From a virus (taxonomy: Duplodnaviria; Caudoviricetes): 61,809 nucleotides of DNA. The position numbers were made by a program, and so were the translations under genes. Positions 21,801-30,385 of this stretch are shown here, one piece after another. The notes beneath the pieces were generated by a model. The model did not search any database. It was not told where the DNA came from and was given only the letters and a program-made list of their open reading frames with translations. The stretch's first letter is position 1. Each line of letters opens with the position of its first letter. The DNA lies in IMG/VR virus record IMGVR_UViG_3300012232_000012, positions 1 through 61,809 of that record. One strand, written 5' to 3'.

Positions 21801-24800
21801 TATGGAGACAATGTTGTTGAGGCAGTCTCTTTTGCAGCCCCTCCCACCAAGGGAAAGAAGGCTAAGGCTGCTGTTGCAGTAACTCCTCCTATTCAGGAGT
21901 TTAAGGCGGTGCTATATCGTGGCACATCTCCAGTTACGCCAGTAGACTTTGGCTGGTTTGGGAAGGGGCAATACTGGACGTTGTGGGAGGAGACGGCGGA
22001 AGGATACGCCAAGAATGCTCCCGGTGGAAAGGTAGTGTCCAAGCAAATTCGCCTTCAGAATCCATATGTGGTTAACGATGTGTCCGAGCTTCGTAAGATA
22101 GCCGAGGATGTGGAGCAGGTTGCCTATGCCAGTATGTACGGGCCTCGCGGTGCATTGAAGAGGAAGCACATAACGCTCGACGAGATAAACGAGCTTATAT
22201 CTAATACTATTCGTGAGCGGGTTGAGGCTCAGGGATATGATGGAATTATCATAAACAAAACCACACCCGAACAGCGCCAGATGCTCGTTGATATGCTGGA
22301 CGATGAGTTGAAGTCTGGAAGGATAACCAAACTAGAATACAGCCAGGAGCTTGGTCGTCTGGATAGGTTCGAGACCAGCACTGAGGTTATTGTCTTTCAC
22401 CCAGACGATGCGGTGTCGGATGTACCTACTCCTAGCACAGGTATAACCAACCTGGGCGAGATGAAGGATACGTCGGTTGCCTATGCAGCCTTCTTGGATT
22501 ACGCCCAGAGGAATGGTCTGGCCGTACCTCAAGAGACCATTGACCAGAACGTGAGCCTGGCTTGGGAAGTTTACAAGCGGGTTCGTGGCTGGACAGATGG
22601 CTTCGACTCAAACATTCTCCGTACTCCTGATACTTTCTATGAGCATCTGCGCAGTCAAATGAATGTGGTCGAGGGCGAGATGTACGAGCAGTACCGCTTC
22701 TATCTGTGGCAGATTGAACAGTTCCGCGACAAGGCCATATCGTCTCAGTTTGGTAGTCTGTACCAGGAGTTCATCAATCCCGCCCCAATGGAAATGGCTA
22801 TCAGTGACGGCCAGAAACAGTGGATACGTGCCAACGACTATGCCATCAGCAACTTTGAGCGTTTGTCCAACACGCTGGATATTTGGAAGCAGTACATGGT
22901 TGACATGGCTAAGGGAAAGCATGTCGCTCTGCGCCCGTACACCAAAGAAGACATCTCCGCCCTGAACAGTTTCTCCGACGTAGCCACCAAGCAGAAGGCG
23001 GAATTGGTTGGTACGACGCTGCACGGTGGCAATGTTGATGGGCGGGGTGTGCAAGGCTCCATCGCCTATGTCAATAAGATAATGCTTGACTACCAGACGA
23101 GGAACAACTTCGACCAGTTGATGAAGAACTTCTTCCCCTTCTGGATGTTTCCTTCTCGGTCACTACCCTTCTGGGCAGAGACTATGATGCTGCACCCGGA
23201 ATTGGTGGCGTTCTACAACAAGTACAAGTCCATGAGCCGGACATTCCGCTATCAAGAGGGTGCAATGAATTCCAAGGGAGACCCACTCCCGCGCCTGGAT
23301 GGGTATGTCCCCATCTACTTCCCAGGAGTGAAAGACCCCATCTGGTTCAACCCTATCCAGCCGCTCTCGTTCCGGTATGTCTTCACCCCGATTGAGCAGT
23401 TGGAAGATTTGGAAGTGAACTCGCGGTACAACGAGAAGGACATGCCCCCGCTGGCATATGTCGTTCGGGAATTGGACGAGTCCAGTCGGGTGTATGGGTT
23501 TAGCGTAGCCCCCTGGATTCTGTGGACGGTCAAGTCGTTTGGCAACATCGACGACAACATCATGCCGCAATTCCCCATCGCCCCGGAGATTAGCCTTATC
23601 CCCAGGTGGGCGGCCATTGACATGCTTTACATGGCCCGCCGCCGGAGTTTGACATTCCCCGGATATGAGAACGTTCCGCTGTCCTTGAAGCAGCGCGGCC
23701 CTCTGCCAGAGATTGACCTATACCCGGAAGTACCGTGGCACAACTATCTGGTCGAGAAGCAACTGCTTCTTAATGCCAAGGCTCGTGCTGACCAGTCCAA
23801 TTGGTCAGATGAGCAGAAGATTAAATACTACCAGACGGTACGGGATGCCATCGCTCAGAAGGGTGACAACCCCATGTGGCAGGAGACCTATCGCCAGGTC
23901 ACAACGGACGAGGCCCAGAGGTCGTGGGTGTCGTTCTTCACCGGGTTCTATCCCAAGGAGTTCTCGACAGCCGAGGCTGATATGTTCAGGGTACGTAATG
24001 ACATCTACGCCCTGCAACAGTCCATGAACAACGATGTGATGATTGAACTGTTTGACCGGCCTACAGATTTCAATGAGAGATATGCTGAGTATGTGGAGTT
24101 CTTGCAGACCCCCAACGGGTTCCTGAACAGCCTGTACTCGGACATCGGCTACATCACCAATCACAAGAACCAAGTTATCTATGAGCCACAGGAGCGTTCC
24201 AAGACTATTGCTGCCAACATAGACCAGGAAGTCAAGAACGAAGAGTATTACCAGGCCATCGCCGCCGCCCAAGAGCGCCGGGATGCCAAGCTATTCGCTC
24301 TGCCTATTGGTGCTCCGTTCGAGCAGACCTCTCCCATCTGGGAGCAATACTTTAGCGACATTGAGCGGGCTGAGGCTCAGTATGACCCCAAGTTCGACTT
24401 CTATGGCTCCAATAAGCCTATCGAAAGAATTCTGGAAGACATCTCGAACGAGTGGTACAGGATGATTTACACTACTCGCCCGCGTTGGAACAAGGACAGG
24501 GGTGAGACCTATGAAGAATATCAGGCCCGTTACCTGGAGTGGGAGACGCGGCTTCCTCAAATAGCTGAGCTTGGTTCCCGCTCATGGACACGCTCCACTG
24601 GCACAAAGGTCAGCAAAATCATAGCTAACCTGCGGGCTGATAAGGGACAGATAATCCCGGACGAGTTCTGGAAGAGCCTGTATGCCAACACCAATGCCGC
24701 AGCCATGCAGACGTGGAGGAAGAAGAACGACACCATCTTCGACGCCCTGAACGGTGCGTGGGATGAGCTTTACTGGTCTCCATTCTGGGCTGCCGTCAAG

Positions 24801-25838
24801 GACAAGAAGGGCTACGAGCGGCAACTGGCTGAGCAGGATTTCCTGGCCGCACACCCCCAGCCCCCAACAGATGAGGAGATGTACGCCTGGATTCGCACCG
24901 AGTATGGCGACAGGTTTACCATAGAAGATGTGAAGAAGTTCGCTTCGGGTACTACTGAGTACACCGTACAGAACCGCCTCGATTACGGCATTACTGAGAC
25001 CGAGAAGCTACGAGATAGCATCTGGGATATGCTCTCATGGGTGGCTCCGGGCAAGGCGCGAGACCTGCTGCAAGAGCAGTTTGTATTGGCTGGCGGAGAC
25101 CGCGACACAATCAGTTCGTGGTACAACAGCAGCGGCGTCCTGTATCAGGGCAGCCCGGAAGAGGCGGCACAGCTTACCGCAATGCAGGCTCAAATCCAGC
25201 AAGCCCTGGTCTCTATGAAGGCTACCCCTCCCACCCGCCCACTCCTCCTGGAATACATTCAGGCTCAGAGCGAGCAGGAGGTGTTCAAGAGCAGCGTGGA
25301 GAAGGAGTTGGGCAAGGACTTCTGGACAGCCTTCAATTATTACAATGAGTTGGAGTCCGGCGAGAAGCGCCAGTACCGCTCCCAGTCGCCAGACAACTAC
25401 AAGAGAATACAGGACTATTATCAGATGCGGGATGCTTACGCTCTGGTCAATCCGATATGGGCCAAGTATTACTACACCGCTACTACAACAGGCGGTAGTG
25501 GGGGCGGGGGTGGTGGGTCTTCATTCCGTAGCTATGGCGGCGGTGGCTTTGGTGGTAGTGGCGGGGGTGGTGGGGGCGGCTCGTCCGGTTTCCCACAAGC
25601 CCTGTCATACAACTTCCGCACAGCCGGAGGTACTGCCGGACTGCTGGCAAGGTACGTTGCTAGTCTGCCCCCGTCCTTTGCACAAACAGTGAGTTCAATG
25701 GCTGTTCAAGATATGGCTGCTGCTGCCTTCCTTGGCGCTGCTATGCCAGCATCCACAGCCGAATATCTCAGCAAGGTAGCTGTATCCCACCCCGAGTGGA
25801 AGAGCACTATTGACACCGCGATAAAAGCTACCCCTTGA
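15888..25838 (+). CDS. giant (3316 aa) polyvalent internal virion/ejection protein with degenerate zincin-like, ParB-like and two ADP-ribosyltransferase-like domains
   Basis: Two repeats of (V/L)xRGT...GxG.Y...A..YA...V....RLxNP...QGYDG...E(A/V)xxF; ParB-like segment ~20640-20880; Gly-rich C-terminus. Confidence 0.75.
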   Translation: MPQNAYPVWYTQEFRDYVRQLVLSGEFNKPATRPNTPPPDVPSAAQGRSIPSYVAQLSLGRYRGGPGFTPADINPPANGGTTTAYPVTGAGVGSRPTESTSRVVTRAIPSPIPSIQSQLPPGPAFGRPPITTDVLIQRQPERTGPPEVGRLASGEPFYQDKDIQTRKAISSKPLYIRAIQWPQYILGHLLRPLIRGASAPSLGARGFFGSEAADKMVASQGILAAKEFITDMWERKPSLKQSLSFSGGLPLEQQLESGLSDTEKMQLHMDDATSNETARTAAADRAFTAAWESFADSFGQPGLLTLAEVEGGRPTLTALFMESTAAKKDADRLFAASLAAKAAGQYEYAVTLAEEAILRDEKANPIFNKYYAYTWDREPERKAAYIHDVALLTVQFGEQLNLEQLERLREYHASAGTEFFGEMVLDPLNLIPNVVFEKGTAAILGKLSVATSKADDFLKSQSSIYRYLNRLATSSAASKIKSDWYDIITRWADAYSTRKELVGGMDTLQAALHEAAATSDDNAVRQIFEHYKTLPGGGGIENMSFDQFKLLRSHYNDVSGPAAVARSEAAQKLNAELQAQKKYGLSREDGYIPGDEYGSLFDRSIMESEEAIRARVIKDHPELLRMTDDAARTAAIDSLVEKTLGTAWSNDVGIAKFADTLSESFIDQHRIYKGSRLLDDTVAGMATRWLKETGRAELSSNLIEASLAWLWKARDSWVKVVLLTPRWLVNNLIDSTSRMFIYGASPLGGLSDVLFGIRHQFTDELGHIPMEFAQSLARSDLGFEETVAARALYEGWTPNLFQNSFWKYEYRRLKDAEAVAAKQIANYPPGLKGTMSRLWNGWKLPTGLQAIPGAMVDFNTYVEFALRLRLFHKRYFTMIRALEPGFKGLAMADVPESIRPVADLIWRNSEGVPSKIRAYTNALTGKSGSGAVFNLLVPPEVEASLMAATADDQQNFVVAIVGQLQEITKRAHMDGRDPTANEFVKFFDDFTEKFRIETETIMGENLALREATGNINVDKVAADVPTQETLKGAAPISGQTSRQTEAIGRIKTRKDKISRTLLTDFKEAVTPFASVETVPGKDILVVPSKRGLVIQVGDQVELSTNVKAVRGQLNTAVKESLWHLNQDEILSYNKFASQEDFVAKLDKFIDNPAASFVDDANASFFFSRELSRRDDLRDVLEALHGKKIPYEDSNALWEMYGRDYDVMTETGAAALIARDHRLAEDILPAPPEYADIAHKLAESSRRLGDATRTMKVPPDLARNISDFLSRRSLAMSALKDYFTFVFPGPRSVKVGMREVSRQARWGQWYDLAIEEFTKLVDIETDLAVKLENRQFDEVVEYIESWFGDGSYQDFNLKFLNSVGVHPIMGSDGITVLGVTFDFSTKKNFEPYAAKVKEGLQARFFVPKNGEVINSFRSMRWKVRQSVGEDAANALYATLYSNLGSKSPQADAWVDVITTHAVEWGQKAGRTPDEYLRRLGIIDGKIVDEAAFAKWAVSRTNDGVNRGFLFGMGGANVPDMLRLSSEHYLRDLNLDGVWHKNASRELEAVRDYVEAVTGIEVKEKWLPEHVQAFAEAVFKEQARYTYKAGHLPPSLLRQLKKPTGENARTLKRMLEAIDKSGMQTDEVVLAILKNGDVELVLGRRQILDAIQAKDITQLPVTVIHESNLERAEGKTAFNLLLEKFEPFDSRKHKGMHVAVNNYKAWLANIRRSIENSPAVEKGLSQDVIQFLNNLVKQEDLIPPKKSMVREMKLVAEQFGIPTEERMMKRIINDYIRRDEAKASVAIPPASPGIVSPMSVVDTHSTFDELRRLASATDESLESLIAKFKTTPRPFVENVFRGTGRKVPVDAGFYGKGTYYSTLEPYAATYAVGLDNVVGSQVRLANPFYATDEELFALGKGVYDKAIAEGGNEAAAVEARSVYLRSLLEGQGYDGVVVDVTRFKPEVQDMIDEWNMLEPSDASKKMLDISRARYGDNVVEAVSFAAPPTKGKKAKAAVAVTPPIQEFKAVLYRGTSPVTPVDFGWFGKGQYWTLWEETAEGYAKNAPGGKVVSKQIRLQNPYVVNDVSELRKIAEDVEQVAYASMYGPRGALKRKHITLDEINELISNTIRERVEAQGYDGIIINKTTPEQRQMLVDMLDDELKSGRITKLEYSQELGRLDRFETSTEVIVFHPDDAVSDVPTPSTGITNLGEMKDTSVAYAAFLDYAQRNGLAVPQETIDQNVSLAWEVYKRVRGWTDGFDSNILRTPDTFYEHLRSQMNVVEGEMYEQYRFYLWQIEQFRDKAISSQFGSLYQEFINPAPMEMAISDGQKQWIRANDYAISNFERLSNTLDIWKQYMVDMAKGKHVALRPYTKEDISALNSFSDVATKQKAELVGTTLHGGNVDGRGVQGSIAYVNKIMLDYQTRNNFDQLMKNFFPFWMFPSRSLPFWAETMMLHPELVAFYNKYKSMSRTFRYQEGAMNSKGDPLPRLDGYVPIYFPGVKDPIWFNPIQPLSFRYVFTPIEQLEDLEVNSRYNEKDMPPLAYVVRELDESSRVYGFSVAPWILWTVKSFGNIDDNIMPQFPIAPEISLIPRWAAIDMLYMARRRSLTFPGYENVPLSLKQRGPLPEIDLYPEVPWHNYLVEKQLLLNAKARADQSNWSDEQKIKYYQTVRDAIAQKGDNPMWQETYRQVTTDEAQRSWVSFFTGFYPKEFSTAEADMFRVRNDIYALQQSMNNDVMIELFDRPTDFNERYAEYVEFLQTPNGFLNSLYSDIGYITNHKNQVIYEPQERSKTIAANIDQEVKNEEYYQAIAAAQERRDAKLFALPIGAPFEQTSPIWEQYFSDIERAEAQYDPKFDFYGSNKPIERILEDISNEWYRMIYTTRPRWNKDRGETYEEYQARYLEWETRLPQIAELGSRSWTRSTGTKVSKIIANLRADKGQIIPDEFWKSLYANTNAAAMQTWRKKNDTIFDALNGAWDELYWSPFWAAVKDKKGYERQLAEQDFLAAHPQPPTDEEMYAWIRTEYGDRFTIEDVKKFASGTTEYTVQNRLDYGITETEKLRDSIWDMLSWVAPGKARDLLQEQFVLAGGDRDTISSWYNSSGVLYQGSPEEAAQLTAMQAQIQQALVSMKATPPTRPLLLEYIQAQSEQEVFKSSVEKELGKDFWTAFNYYNELESGEKRQYRSQSPDNYKRIQDYYQMRDAYALVNPIWAKYYYTATTTGGSGGGGGGSSFRSYGGGGFGGSGGGGGGGSSGFPQALSYNFRTAGGTAGLLARYVASLPPSFAQTVSSMAVQDMAAAAFLGAAMPASTAEYLSKVAVSHPEWKSTIDTAIKATP

Positions 25839-25884
25839 TTTCGTGTAGCTTTTACGTTAGAATTAGGTTAAGGAGTACATTGAC

Positions 25885-26607
25885 ATGCTAAAGAATTTTC
25901 TGGTTTTCGCCGAGGGCGAAGGCGGGTCGGTTACTGCACCAGTGACGCCTCCCGTTGATGGGCCGGTTTCGCAAGAGACGCCTCCCACTCCCCCGCAAGA
26001 CGCTGAAAAGGCCGAGCTTGAACAGCTTAGAGCGAAGTACGAAACTGACCTGCGACAAATGAAGTCCACGCTCCAAAGGAACGAGGCGCAGTTGAAGCAG
26101 GAGATTCTGAAACGGGATAAGCAATTCAAGACAGAGTTGGATAGGGTTCGTAGGGCCGGTCTGGATGCTGACGCACTCAAACTCTATGAGGCTGAGTACG
26201 CTAAGTCCAATTTATCGGAACTCGAACAACAGTATAACGAAGCACAGACACAGCTTGGACAAGAGCGTGCGCTTCGTGAAACCATCTCTTTGTTTGCTCA
26301 GGAAGGTATCCCCGTTGATTTGCTAGTCAAGGCGTCGGAAGATGGACTTGACGGGGTGACAACGGCGGCATGGAAATATCTCTTTGATGAGAACAAACGC
26401 CTGAGCGCATCGGCTAAGCCAACTCCGCAAACCAAGACGACACCCGAGCCTCCGCCTACGGCTCCTGCAACATCCACCAACACGGCCCCTGCATTTTCTG
26501 GGCCTCGGTGGGAAGAGCTTGAGAAGAAATACGGAAGCAGAGAGGTTGTCTACAGCCTAGTTGAAGCAGGCCGTCTACCGCCAACAACCATCCCCTTAGA
26601 AGGATAA
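25885..26607 (+). CDS. capsid scaffolding protein
   Basis: FAEGEGG/Pro-rich N-terminus, coiled coil, upstream of the capsid gene. Confidence 0.75.
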   Translation: MLKNFLVFAEGEGGSVTAPVTPPVDGPVSQETPPTPPQDAEKAELEQLRAKYETDLRQMKSTLQRNEAQLKQEILKRDKQFKTELDRVRRAGLDADALKLYEAEYAKSNLSELEQQYNEAQTQLGQERALRETISLFAQEGIPVDLLVKASEDGLDGVTTAAWKYLFDENKRLSASAKPTPQTKTTPEPPPTAPATSTNTAPAFSGPRWEELEKKYGSREVVYSLVEAGRLPPTTIPLEG

Positions 26608-26641
26608 ATAGCCAAGGCGGGCGGCCATTGGAGAATCAGAA

Positions 26642-27196
26642 ATGAGGGGCTGTACCAAGTGTGGATTAGAGAAAGACGAATCTGAGTTCTACAGGAACAA
26701 AAGGTTTGGGCTAACCCACTGGTGCAAACCATGTTTCAAAGTTAGCCAAGATACTAGGCGAAGGGATAATCCAGAACTCTGGGCAATCAGAGCCAGAGAT
26801 GCGGCCAAGAGACATTATTGGTCACATCACGAAGAGGCGAAGGAAAGGCTTCGGATAAAGGGAGCCACCCAAGAGTTTAGGAAGTATCAAAATCGTTGGA
26901 AGAGAACTCCTAAAGGACGAGTGCATGTTGCAAGATATAACGCTCGTCGCAGAGAGGTCACTAAAAACGATGCAAGACTATCGCTGGAAGACGTTCATCG
27001 TCTTCTCCACCTTCAAGATAATCAATGTTCGGCTTGTGCTAGAACCTTTACAGATGAGTTACCTTACACTTTAGACCACATCCACCCCGCTTCTCTGGGG
27101 GGCGTATTGCAAGAAGGAAATGTGCAATTGCTGTGTGGTTCGTGTAACTCTCGTAAAGGCAATCGAGTAGAAGCCGGAGGATACAAACTTGGCTAA
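26642..27196 (+). CDS. free-standing HNH homing endonuclease
   Basis: CTKC..K..SEFY...CKPC N-domain; CSAC...LDHIHP...GG...NVQLLCGSCNSRKG. Confidence 0.9.
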   Translation: MRGCTKCGLEKDESEFYRNKRFGLTHWCKPCFKVSQDTRRRDNPELWAIRARDAAKRHYWSHHEEAKERLRIKGATQEFRKYQNRWKRTPKGRVHVARYNARRREVTKNDARLSLEDVHRLLHLQDNQCSACARTFTDELPYTLDHIHPASLGGVLQEGNVQLLCGSCNSRKGNRVEAGGYKLG

Positions 27197-28193
27197 CCTC
27201 AATCAGACCACCCTTGCGAGCGCAGTAAAGACTCAGTATGAGAGTCGGCTGCTTACCCGCGCCCTGCCTCGTCTAATTCACGGCAGGTTCGGCATGTCCG
27301 CCCGCATCAACAAGTTCGGGGCTTATGAGCTTCGTAGATATGGCTCGCTGCCCCTCATTTCCACGCCGCTGACCGAGGGTACAACCCCTGCTGAGCAGCC
27401 CGCTGTGAGCCTGACGCTCATTACCATTACCCCTCTGTTCTATGGCTCGTGGATTGGTCACACCGACGAACTGGAGATGACCGTGTTCGACCCCCTGATT
27501 TCCGAGATGTCCGCTATCTTGGGAGAGCAGGCCGGTATGAGCTTGGACGTTATCCTTCGTAACGACCTGACCAACGGCGCAACCAAGGACTACTCTGGAG
27601 ACCAGGCGGCTCGTGCCAACCTCCAGGCTCCTCAACACAACATCACCTATGCTGATTTCGTGAAGCAGGTGGCGGAACTGGAGAGCGCTGGTGCTCTGCC
27701 TGTTGATGGAGAGGACTTCGTTGCGATTATGCATCCCCATACCTGGGCGTCCCTGATGACCGACCCCATCTTCGTGAACATGTTTGTTCAGGAAAGCGGG
27801 GAAGGCAATCCCATGCGCTCTGGTTACGTGGGCCGCATCCTTCGCACCAAGGTCTATGTCTCCAGCAATGCCCGTGAGTACGTTGACGGCGGCGCTGGTG
27901 GCTCGGATGTGTATTCGATGCTCTTCATCGGGCGCGATGCATACGGGTACGTCGGTATTGCCGGTACTACCCCCAATCTCTTGGCTGATAGCCAGGGGCC
28001 GAACGGCAGACCGCAGACCGGCCAGACCCTCCGCCCTGTCGAGATTATAGTCAAGCCGCTAGGCTCTGCTGGCGCTGACGACCCCCTCAATCAGCGGGCA
28101 ACCGTTGGTTGGAAGGCTTCCCTCGGCACGGCCATCCTGAACTCGGCGTGGATTCGTGACCTCGAACACACCAACATTTTCTCGCTCGAATAA
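27189..28193 (+). CDS. major capsid protein (N4-gp56-like)
   Basis: PLTEGTTP, QAGMSLD, IMHP, LFIGRDAYG, KPLGSAGADDPLNQRATVGWK, ILNSAW; SD GGAGG, TTG start. Confidence 0.9.
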   Translation: MANLNQTTLASAVKTQYESRLLTRALPRLIHGRFGMSARINKFGAYELRRYGSLPLISTPLTEGTTPAEQPAVSLTLITITPLFYGSWIGHTDELEMTVFDPLISEMSAILGEQAGMSLDVILRNDLTNGATKDYSGDQAARANLQAPQHNITYADFVKQVAELESAGALPVDGEDFVAIMHPHTWASLMTDPIFVNMFVQESGEGNPMRSGYVGRILRTKVYVSSNAREYVDGGAGGSDVYSMLFIGRDAYGYVGIAGTTPNLLADSQGPNGRPQTGQTLRPVEIIVKPLGSAGADDPLNQRATVGWKASLGTAILNSAWIRDLEHTNIFSLE

Positions 28194-28204
28194 AGAGCAA
28201 TCTG

Positions 28205-28234
28205 GATAGGGGAGGATGCCCCTCCCCTATCTTT
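28205..28234 (+). terminator. hairpin/weak terminator after capsid gene
   Basis: gataggggagg-atgcc-cctcccctatc followed by ttt. Confidence 0.55.
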
Positions 28235-28245
28235 GGAGATATACT

Positions 28246-28698
28246 ATGGCAGCTATTGACCTCAAGAACTTGGGTGTCTCGATTGACGGACGTATTCAGA
28301 TTGCCAAGGCCACCATCGGCGCAACTGCCGGTGCAAATGTGGATGTTCAGTTTGATGCCCAAGAGACCCTACCCGTATTCAACGTCCCCGCCGGTGTAGT
28401 AGTGTTGGATATGTTTGCCTACACGCGCACCGGATGGACGGCATCTGTCACCATGACTGCTGGTGATGGTACTGCCGCCGCAGGCTTCCTGGCTTCGGCC
28501 AAGATTGCCCCGACTGTGGCCCAGACCGACGGTTTGTTCAAGCGCACAACCCAGGCTACCGCCGACACCTATGCAGGTGGCAAGCTGTATCTGGTCGCTG
28601 ACACCATTGACGTGGTTGTTGGCGGCGCTATCCCTGTGGTTGGTGAGACTGACCTCTATGTCGTCTACCTACCTGTTACCGGCGACATTGACCTGTAA
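28246..28698 (+). CDS. capsid decoration/cement-like protein
   Basis: Beta-rich Ala/Gly/Thr protein after the capsid gene; SD GGAG. Confidence 0.6.
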   Translation: MAAIDLKNLGVSIDGRIQIAKATIGATAGANVDVQFDAQETLPVFNVPAGVVVLDMFAYTRTGWTASVTMTAGDGTAAAGFLASAKIAPTVAQTDGLFKRTTQATADTYAGGKLYLVADTIDVVVGGAIPVVGETDLYVVYLPVTGDIDL

Positions 28699-28715
28699 GC
28701 CGGAAGGAGATTGAC

Positions 28716-29144
28716 ATGGCAGTTAAGATTCTCAGACCCGCTCCACCGATTGCAATTGGGGCCGGTGTCTCGGAAGCCCTGCACTCTGGATTGTATCTCG
28801 CAATCTCAGACTTGGTTGGGATTACCGGCACGCCTGTTTCACTTTTCAGCGTACCGCCCAATACCCTCGTCTATGATGTTTTCTGCGAGATTGTGGCAGC
28901 GTACAACGGTACTACCCCCGGCATTGATGTTGGGGTAGCCGGTACAACTGCCCGTCACCTTCCGTCTGCGGACATTACCGAAGGCACAATCGGCTTCTAC
29001 GGAAATGCGAAAGTCAGTCCATTCAAGTACACCGCCGCAGCCACTCTGATTGCGACCCTCACTCTGTCCGGCGCTACTCTGGGCCAGTCCAGGTTTTACT
29101 GCCTGTTCCGCCCAGGTTCGGACAAGAATGAAATGGTGTTCTAG
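28716..29144 (+). CDS. virion protein, paralog of 28246-28698
   Basis: VSLFSVPPNTLVYDVF vs LPVFNVPAGVVVLDMF. Confidence 0.55.
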   Translation: MAVKILRPAPPIAIGAGVSEALHSGLYLAISDLVGITGTPVSLFSVPPNTLVYDVFCEIVAAYNGTTPGIDVGVAGTTARHLPSADITEGTIGFYGNAKVSPFKYTAAATLIATLTLSGATLGQSRFYCLFRPGSDKNEMVF

Positions 29145-29147
29145 CCA

Positions 29148-29972
29148 ATGCGGGGCGGTAGGCAACTGCCGCCCTACTACAATCCAATGACAAAGAAAAT
29201 CAAACCTCTTACCACCGCTGAACAGCAAGCGATAGCCAATAAGCAAGTCAATCTCTCGGGAGAGGGAGAGGCTGCCGCAGTAAAGGCTCTTCTGTCAGAT
29301 AAGTTCACCGCAGGAACCAATGCCGAAGCTCTGGATATTGCTTTAGCCCTTCAAGAAATAATGCGCGGGCAGAACTCCATCCTGTCTCAAGTGAACTCAA
29401 ACAACTCACGAGTGACGGATGAACTGCAAAGGCTACATGCACGCATGGCTGAGTACGATACCAAAGCCGAACAGTTTGAGGCAGACCGAGCCAAATTCCT
29501 GGCAGAGGTTGACAAGCTCGCCGATAAGGTTCGTGTCTCTGGCGAGGAAAAGGACAAGTTAGTAGCCAAGGGAGCGATTCAGTTTCAGGAGGCGCTAGCA
29601 TCAGCTAGGGCCAATGCCGTGGTGTCCCGCCTAAAGTTTGAAGATGAACTTGTACACATGAGAACCGAGACCGTTGTATCACCCGGAACTGTTGAGGTGG
29701 TGTCGGTGTCAGGCCAGCCCACCCCCAAGATTTTCCCCGAGGCTGTGCATATCAAGCATAAGGTATGGGTTCTGCCTCCCGGCAGACCTGTCGAAGTACC
29801 ATTCATCGTAGCCGAGGTTCTACGCCAGAGGCGTCAGATGGAAGAAGAGCAAAGCGAGCGCAAGGCTGCCCTCAGCGCTCAAAGCCAGGATACTGTTCTG
29901 GCTCAGAAGTGGGACACAATCAATCGTAAATACGGAACTACTGGAGACCCTCTTCCAATTGGTTCCAACTAG
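29148..29972 (+). CDS. coiled-coil hypothetical protein
   Basis: ORF; C-terminal GRPVEVPFIVAEVL motif. Confidence 0.6.
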   Translation: MRGGRQLPPYYNPMTKKIKPLTTAEQQAIANKQVNLSGEGEAAAVKALLSDKFTAGTNAEALDIALALQEIMRGQNSILSQVNSNNSRVTDELQRLHARMAEYDTKAEQFEADRAKFLAEVDKLADKVRVSGEEKDKLVAKGAIQFQEALASARANAVVSRLKFEDELVHMRTETVVSPGTVEVVSVSGQPTPKIFPEAVHIKHKVWVLPPGRPVEVPFIVAEVLRQRRQMEEEQSERKAALSAQSQDTVLAQKWDTINRKYGTTGDPLPIGSN

Positions 29973-29980
29973 GAGTCAGC

Positions 29981-30382
29981 ATGACTATCAATACCAGCGC
30001 ACAGGGGTCGTTTGGAGAAAAGACAGATTGGAGCACTCTGATTCCGTCCCAGGTTCTAAGTGCCGACGCTCGTTTCGGCGGGCAGGGCGGTAGGTCAGAC
30101 GGTCTCATGATTTCCATCGCTGTTACTGCGGCGGCGGCTTTGAGCTTTACGCCTCGTATCGAGACCGTGGATAGCTTTGGCAATGTGATTATCCTTTGGT
30201 CTGCTACCGCTGCGGTAGTAGCCAATGGCGTTGTGACTTATGTTTTCGGCCCGAACGTTGCTGACATGAATGGTGCGGGTATCACACAGAAGTCTGCCGT
30301 GACCTTCCCCCGCGAGTGGCAGCTATTTTTGGATTTCACCGCTGGTTCCGCCACCTTCGCCTCTAGCTTCTGCTACCTATAA
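29981..30382 (+). CDS. virion structural protein
   Basis: Beta-rich ORF with SD AGGAG. Confidence 0.55.
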   Translation: MTINTSAQGSFGEKTDWSTLIPSQVLSADARFGGQGGRSDGLMISIAVTAAAALSFTPRIETVDSFGNVIILWSATAAVVANGVVTYVFGPNVADMNGAGITQKSAVTFPREWQLFLDFTAGSATFASSFCYL

Positions 30383-30385
30383 CCA

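Noticed and set aside
15888-25838. N4-like virion RNA polymerase or tape measure protein
   Set aside because: The size is similar, but I found no convincing RNAP catalytic motifs or tape-measure repeats; polyvalent-protein motifs are present instead.
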